Below, one piece after another: positions 56,647 through 64,000 of a stretch of 64,000 bases of DNA. The position numbers were made by a program, and so were the translations under genes. The notes under the pieces were generated by a model. It was not told where the DNA came from. It was given only the letters and a program-made list of their open reading frames with translations, and made no database searches. How positions within the stretch are numbered: position 1 is the first letter of the stretch; each line of letters begins with the position of its first letter. This DNA is from the human T2T-CHM13v2.0 reference genome, Homo sapiens. The DNA is taken from the NCBI RefSeq assembly GCF_009914755.1, contig NC_060944.1, one strand, 5' to 3'.

Positions 56647-57298
56647 AATAGCAGAGCTGAGATGAAGCCCCAAGCTTTCCAATCCTGCTCCTGGCCTTGT
56701 GTCAGCTGGCCACATAAGGGGACAACACCTGCCTCAAGTGGGCTGTCAAGTGTTTCTACTCTGAGCTAAATGGCAACCCTCCTCTGAGCCCTTCCACTGT
56801 GTTCACACCTTATCATGGTCATCTAAGTTCATTCCCGCCCCCACTTCATCCTGCTACCACACAGATCATTAGATACCAAGAAGTTGCCACTATGGAATTT
56901 CTCCTGCGACTCCCCACATTCCACAGGTTTTCTGACCTTTTCTCAATGCAATTCACCTATCCTGTGTCCTGTTCCCCCAGAGCCAACCTCGATGGCTTGA
57001 AAAGTGAAAAGGAGCTAACAACAAGGATTTGTCATGGTGTCATGCATGTCTGAGCCCCTCCTGGAGAGCAGAGGCCTTTCTTACATGCATTGGGTCAAAG
57101 CAGGGATGATGGGAATTTGGGGTGACAGTTTATGTCAGAGGAGATGCATGTGAACAGAGAGACTTTTCTTTGTGCACCTCCTATCAATATGGATGGGCAA
57201 TGGATTGCAATGTGGCAAACAAGCAGGGGAACCAGGAGTCTGTCTCAAGTCCCACAGCTTGGCCATCATGTCACTTTCTCTCTCTCATGCAATTTCTC

Positions 57299-57755
57299 TG
57301 CATTAGTTTCCCAGGGCTGCCATGCTAATTTCCATAGCCTGGGTGACTTAAAACAACACAAATCTATTTTCTTACAGTTCAAGAGGATAGAAGTCTGAGA
57401 TCAAAGTGTGAGTAGGGCCATTTTTCCCTCGGAAGACTTCAGGGAAAAACCCATCCTTGCTTCTTCTTAGCTTCTCGTGGTTGCTGGGAATTCCTGGTAT
57501 TCCTTGGCTTGCAGCTGTATGACTCCAATTGCTCCAATTTCTTCCTTTATTGTCACACGGCTGTTTTCCCTCTGTATGGGTTACTGTCTCCAAATTTCTC
57601 TCTTCTTATAAGGACATCAGTCTTTGGATTAGAGCCCAACTTAATCCAGTGTGACTCCATTTTAAATCAATTATATCTGCAAAGATCTAATTTTCAAATG
57701 AGGTCACAGTCACAAGTATTGGGGGTTAGGACTTTTGGGGGACATAACCCACAAT
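57299..57755 (-). mobile_element. MLT1B/C MaLR LTR
   Basis: tgcattagtttcccagggctgcc...cttaaaacaacac...gaagtctgagatcaaagtg...ttataaggacatcagtc. Confidence 0.88.
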
Positions 57756-57764
57756 GTCCTCTGA

Positions 57765-57804
57765 ATATATATATATATATCCTCCCATATATATATATAT
57801 CCTC

Positions 57805-57842
<38 letters not shown>

Positions 57843-57922
57843 CCATATATATATATATCCTCCCATATATATATATATCCTCCCATATATATATCTATCC
57901 TCCCATATATATATATATATAT
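57765..57922. repeat. VNTR of (AT)n-CCTCCC units (6 CCTCCC cores)
   Basis: cctccc at 57781, 57801, 57839, 57859, 57879, 57899 separated by (AT)n. Confidence 0.97.
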
Positions 57923-58329
57923 TTTCAATGTATCCCTTTATTCAAGTGATTTTAAGCAATGAAAGCAAGACAGCTGTTATAGGATTTACCTTTCTAGATG
58001 GAAAAGGACAAGTAAATAAGGTCTTAAGCTCCATGTCAAGAAAGGGGCACAACAGAACAAATTCTGCCTTGGTGGGCATCAGTCTTCTCTTTCTGCTGTG
58101 CAAGCTCCTGGTTCTGTCTTCTCTGTGCTGTGCCTTGTTCTGTGTGATCACAATCCAGCAGTCAAAGAGGCACACTGGGCTTCTTCATTCTCAGCTGAAT
58201 CCCTCGTTGCCACTTCTGCCTATATGGGCAGGCTTAACGGGGGTGACACTCCCGTGTTCCTTTTGTCAAACATCCTTTCTTCTCCCTACCATACCACTGA
58301 TCCACATTCTTCCAATCTTTTCTTGAGGT

Positions 58330-58950
58330 CTCAGACATCTTAAAAAGTCCTTACCTTCCAAATGTATTCCCACATTGACTCTTTCTCTTCCTTTCCACCC
58401 TTTACCCTAGTCCAGGCCACCAGCACTTCTTGCCTGTCCTGCTGGCAGTAGTTGTCCAATGGGCCTGCCTGCTCTCCTGGTCTTCCCCCTCTGCCACAAA
58501 CTCACCCTAAGCAGCCAGGGCGATCCTTCTAGAAGAGACACTGTACTATGTTTTTCCACTTCTCTGGACCATCAAGGGACTTTGCAAAGCATTGATATAA
58601 ACCCCAAAATTCTCCCATGGTCTACAAATCCCTTGGGGATCATGACCTGCCTGAGGACTACCTCTGACATGTCATCTCCTACTACTCACCCCTTTGCTCA
58701 TCCATACATACACCCTGGCCTCTGGCCTCTTCTCAAACATGCCAAGCATGCATCTAACTGCACACCTTTGCACTTGCTATTTTCTCTGCCTAGAATATTC
58801 TTCGGCAGTGAAGTCAAATGGCTCAGTCTCTTGCTTCATTCACCCTGTTCAGTTATCACCTCTTTCCCTAGTCTCTTTCTCTTACCTGGTTTTAGTTTTC
58901 TGTATGGCGCTTACTATTATCTGGTCTTATAGGTATATTTGTACTTGTGG
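58330..58950 (+). mobile_element. L2 fragment
   Basis: ccctagtccaggccacca...ggcctcttctcaaacatgccaag...cctttgcacttgctattttctctgcctagaat. Confidence 0.78.
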
Positions 58951-59039
58951 GCACCTTGATATAATCCCTGTAAAATATAAGGGTTCTTCATTTGGGGTCC
59001 ATAGATCTCTACAAAGTGTGAGTAGAATTCAGGGGGGCT

Positions 59040-59532
59040 AAGGTAGGCTTAAAAATGACTCTTCCAAGATGTGCTCACGTCCTAATCCTCGGAACCTGTT
59101 CACGTTGCCTTATATGGAGAAATATGGGAAAAAGTTAAACATCTTTGGAGCACCAGCTTATCCTGGATTATTTGGGTGGGCTTTAAATGCCATCACAAGT
59201 GTCCTCATGAGATAGGGAGAGAAAGATTAGGCACACATACACATGTGCACACATGTGTGCACACACTGACACACAAAAAAGAAGGTGATGTGAAATTGGA
59301 GGCAGAGACCAGAGAGATGTGGCTATAAACCAAGGAATGCCTGCCTGCAGCCCCCAGAAGCTGTGAGAGGCGGGAAGCAGATTCTCTTCTGGCATCTCTG
59401 GAGGGAAGAAGGTCATGCTAACACATTGATTTTGAATTCCCAGCCTCCAGAACTGTGAGAGAATAAATCTCTATTATCTTAAGCCACCAAGTTTATGGTA
59501 ACTTTTTATGGCAGCCACAGAAAATTAACACA
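59040..59532 (+). mobile_element. MLT1C/D MaLR LTR, apparently inside a hAT DNA-transposon remnant (~58978-59975)
   Basis: cacgtcctaatcctcggaacctg...ccagcctccagaactgtgagagaataaat...taagccaccaagtttatggtaa. Confidence 0.88.
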
Positions 59533-62355
59533 GGGTCTGTGAACATGGATGGAAAAAGTTATATCTTTATTTTAAGGTATCTCTAATTGAAACTTAGCAT
59601 GTCCTTCAATCATGAATGCAAGAAACAAAATGTAGTTTTAGTGGGATCTGTGATTTTGTCACCAATTGAAATCACAGATCCTTGCGTATCATAGGACAGA
59701 CATTACAGAGACCTTGAAATATCATTGACACTTCTTGATACTTTGAAATTGCAGTAGTTATTAAGCCTATGCAATTTCCAGATTATTAAGCCTGGATCTA
59801 GTCATTACAAAGTGTTAATAAAGGTATACATTAACACTAAACTACAATTTTGGTTTTAAGTAGTTTGAGAAGTATTTTAAAAATATAATTGGTTACCTTT
59901 GTATTCTTATCTATTTTGTTTTTTATATCCAAAACAGTCTGACGAAAGGCCCATAGGTTTCATCAAAAAAAGTCAGGACTATCTGGAATGGATAATTGGT
60001 CCCAAATAGTGGAAGAAAGAAAGAAAGAAAGAAGAAAGAAAGAAAACAACATGAATAATTCTAGTAAAATGTGCTCATATTAAAGAGGGAAATTAAGGCC
60101 CAGAGAACTGAAATTGTCTGCGGTTATAGCAGCAGAGAAAAGACTTAAAGCCATATCCTCTAGGGACCACTTTTGCTTGTATTGTATACTTCAAGATCAG
60201 TTCAGGTCCTGCTTCCTCTAGAAAACCTTGTGGAGAAACTTCACTCTCTACAGTTCAATCCCCTGCCTTGCTTTACCTGTTACCCCTTCTATACATCTTA
60301 TCACTTGATTCCACTGAAGGCAGCCCTTTTGACATTCCATTTTGTGGTGTTCCCATCTGAGCTCAATGCCTGGTATATAAAAAATAAGTGCTTGTTGAGA
60401 AGTGAAAAGCAAATGTCTTCCAATTTTTAATACATGTGAGTATCACCTCCTGAACAAAAGGAAAGGCACCTGCCTTTGTTTTTTGTTTGCGTTTATACAA
60501 TTTATAAATGCACCACAGGCACATAGTAGGTGTTCAATGAAGATGTATTCAATATAATTGAATTTCCTGGTAGCTGAACAACTAGGCAGATGGGTGGAGA
60601 GATATAAATTAGTAAAGCAGATTTAAACCATGTGTTGATCATTGAAAAGTTGTTTCATTTTCAGCCAAGATAAATGCTTTTTTAATGTGTAAAGAAATCT
60701 ATAATTTTCTATGCTTTGAATTAAAGCTCCCACTTCCCAGGTTTCCTGCCTGCTTCTGGCTGCTCTTAATGAGCTAATTTACCCCACCGAGGTGAGAGAT
60801 TTCCTCTTGGGAAAGGGTTTAGATGTGCCTCTCTCATATCCAGGGCCCCAGAGCGTTTCCTTACAGGGCTTTAAACACTCTGCCCGTATTTAAGAGAGAA
60901 GCCAAGGAACAAATCTGTTGTTTTAGCTTTATTCCTTGAGGCTCAGCGGCTCGACTTTCCTTCCCCTTTGATCGCTCTCACTGGAGTGGCAGGCCTGGAA
61001 ACTGCGGAGAAGGGGTAGGTCTCCTTAGGAAGCCCAGTTCAGGGGACCCACCCAGCTCCACACAATGAAAATAAAGTTGTCAAGCCTTTGAGGTGGCTGT
61101 GAAGATTTATTCTTCCTGGGCAAATTGGTGAGACATTTATATTTTTAAAAAATGCTTTGATGAACTTGATAAGGAAGCCCTCGTTTGAATGTGGAAAAAC
61201 ATTCTAGAGCTTTTTCCACTGCTACACAGGGTTTTTAGCTTTAACCTGTAAAAATGGACTGGGTTTTGACCTGGGTTTTAGCTTGACCTGTGGAAATGGA
61301 CTTGCCCTTCAGATGAATGACGAGACTGTAAGGGGTTCATTTGGGGATTGCAGGACACAGGTTTACCCTGTCTTAGAATATAAGCATCCATGAGGCAGGA
61401 GGTCTTAAAAACCTTTTGCAGATCTTGACATCTTATCTACACATTTCCTAGTCCTCAGCTGCCAACCAAAATCTCCCAATTGCTCTATTACAGCTCAATG
61501 ACTTACATCACCAAGTATGGTTCCATTACTTCTACCAGCTGAAGCAATGGAATATGCAATATTTTATTATGCATATAATTGAAATACTTTCTGTTCTTTC
61601 TAAGTTCGAATATTGTTTGTGTCACATATTGTTCTGAGCATGCCTTGGTCACAGTCAGGTCTCGAGGGACCTAGGGAAGGAAGTGGAAGCTGGTGTGAAA
61701 TATCCTTCTCTTGCATTCCAGAAAGTCATTTTAGCCAGGAACATCTGCCAACAGCTCTGAGATGGTGCTCTTAACATCCCTGTGTTATGCAGACCATTAT
61801 GAATGGCTCTGAAAAGACTGAGTGCTCGGCCAAAAAAAAAAAAAAAAAAAGAAGACATGGACACATTTATCAGCTCTTAGTGGTGGAAATTCTGCAATCA
61901 TTGGAGGATTTTCTTGGAAAAATCAGAGAACTGTCCTTGAATTCTGTTATCGGGGTAACTCTGTCTTGGGCTGCAACAGGCACTGTGCTCTGTGGAGAGC
62001 CCATGGGCTTGTGACAGATGGAACCAGGTTTAGATTCCTTTGTGGGAACTTATTTTCTGTGTCACCTAGGGTATATTCTTAATTCTTCTTTTTCAATTAG
62101 CTCAACTGTAGTATCAAAGTAATTGCACTTTGCTGGTTGCAACCTTTCAGGTTGTAAGGATCAAAGGCAGGCTCAGGTTACCCTGGAGATCAGGGATTAC
62201 TAAAAGGAATGCAGGCACTTAAGGAAACGTAGCAAGTGATCACTACACAGGATGCAGCAGAACCTTCCTAAGAAGCTCTGCCACCATATTCATGGTAGAG
62301 TTTCTTCCTGTCTCATCTTCCCTCTTTATGTCTGTTTCTACTCTGCCAACACAGC

Positions 62356-63060
<705 letters not shown>

Positions 63061-63329
63061 CAACATGGCTTTTTTCTTCTTTCTACCACTCTTTCCCTGT
63101 CTCTGTCTTTCATTTAAACCTCACCAACAGAGAGAATACCATTGAGTCAGGAGGTGACCACCCATTAGGGACCCTCCACTGGTTAGAGTGCTCATTTTAG
63201 GCTTCCTCAGAGCTAGCTCAGCCCATGGATGGTTGCATTTGATTCAGGATCCCTGGAACCATCTGCAAAGGCAAGGCCAATAGGGTCATATGACATTAAA
63301 CACAGCTATGTTGCTCAGTAAGGGACTGT

Positions 63330-63805
63330 CCTTGGTAAGCTCCACCTGCCCCTTCAGATCCATTCTCCACTCTTCTCTGCCCTGCTATGTACCCTGAAGG
63401 CTGAGCTCTATAAACTGCATTGCCTGTGCTGTCTTGTTCCCATTAGGTGTGGCCAATGGGAAGCATTGGAAGGCGATCAGATGATGAAGGAGAGAGAAGT
63501 TGGGGTATGTATTCTTCATCTGTCCCTTACCATGTGGCCATGGTTTTGGCAGGGTCCACAGCCTCTATTAATCAGCATCCCCACCTTGGCTACAACTCTC
63601 TGGCATTTTAGTAGCAGCTCTTTTCTCCAGCCCTACAGGTGGTAATGGCTTCCCACTTCTGCTGGACGCTGGGTGCTTCACCATCCCTAGTTGGTTCCCT
63701 TAATTCCGACCATAGTTTTGTAAATAATCCCTTCCTGCCACTCTTGTTAGTGAACCCTTTCAGTGAAACAGGTCTTACATGATGGAAGCTTGACTGACTG
63801 ATACA
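63330..63805 (+). mobile_element. LTR33-like ERVL LTR
   Basis: ctctgccctgct...ctctataaactgcat...tggccaatgggaagca...gagagagaagttggggtat...gactgactgataca. Confidence 0.7.
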
Positions 63806-63831
63806 GGGATTTTAGGTATGGTGGATCTCAA
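63414..63831 (+). repeat. Right arm (template) of the inverted repeat
   Basis: Continuous with the LTR33-like element on its 5' side, so this is the source copy. Confidence 0.95.
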
Positions 63832-64000
63832 CATATATCATGCATGGGCTATCCAGGACAAACACTCAACTTCAGGGGTAGTTGTAAGAATTGAGTTTAT
63901 GTTCCTAAGGACCTGATGCATCAGGGGACTCAACAACTAGCAGCTGCTGTCATCATTACTTTTGCCATGTCTCTGTGGAAGAAGCTAATCAAAATTATGT

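Noticed and set aside
57509-58326. 146- and 190-aa ORFs, the longest in the window; regular spacing superficially CRISPR-like
   Set aside because: The frames stay open because they cross the stop-free (AT)n-CCTCCC VNTR; there are no unique spacers or cas genes, and the DNA is eukaryotic
58459-58932. 157-aa ATG-initiated ORF
   Set aside because: Lies within an L2 remnant with no domain signal

Overview
This window is primate (human-like) genomic DNA. The Alu J/S/Y, L1PA and THE1/MST elements point to that origin, and it appears intergenic or lncRNA-bearing. It is dense in interspersed repeats: 14 Alu/FLAM elements, old L1M/L1PA, L2, MIR, L3, MaLR, ERVL and ERV1 LTRs, hAT and mariner MITEs, and microsatellites. 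I recognise no established protein-coding gene, structural RNA, CRISPR array or prokaryote-type system. Almost all ORFs in the supplied track come from Alu, L1 or microsatellite sequence, or are random. Five things stand out. (1) Four unique-sequence segments with canonical GT-AG sites (2184-2236, 8045-8159, 8599-8693, 16311-16503) splice into one uninterrupted 151-aa ORF that the ORF track cannot see. It is a candidate lncRNA or de novo gene with ARE/AP-1 motifs nearby. (2) A 100%-identical 418-bp inverted duplication has been templated into the tail junction of an AluY (62378-62795, copied from 63414-63831). (3) An old ~270-bp direct duplication preserves the empty site of an Alu insertion. 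(4) An L1 keeps both ends but has lost ORF1 and the endonuclease region, inside a multi-layer nest of insertions. (5) Several non-repetitive, motif-rich segments look like enhancers (~48.6-50.7 kb, 54.7 kb, 16.1-16.4 kb). Repeat subfamily names were assigned by eye and need RepeatMasker/Dfam confirmation. I could not identify the locus by name.
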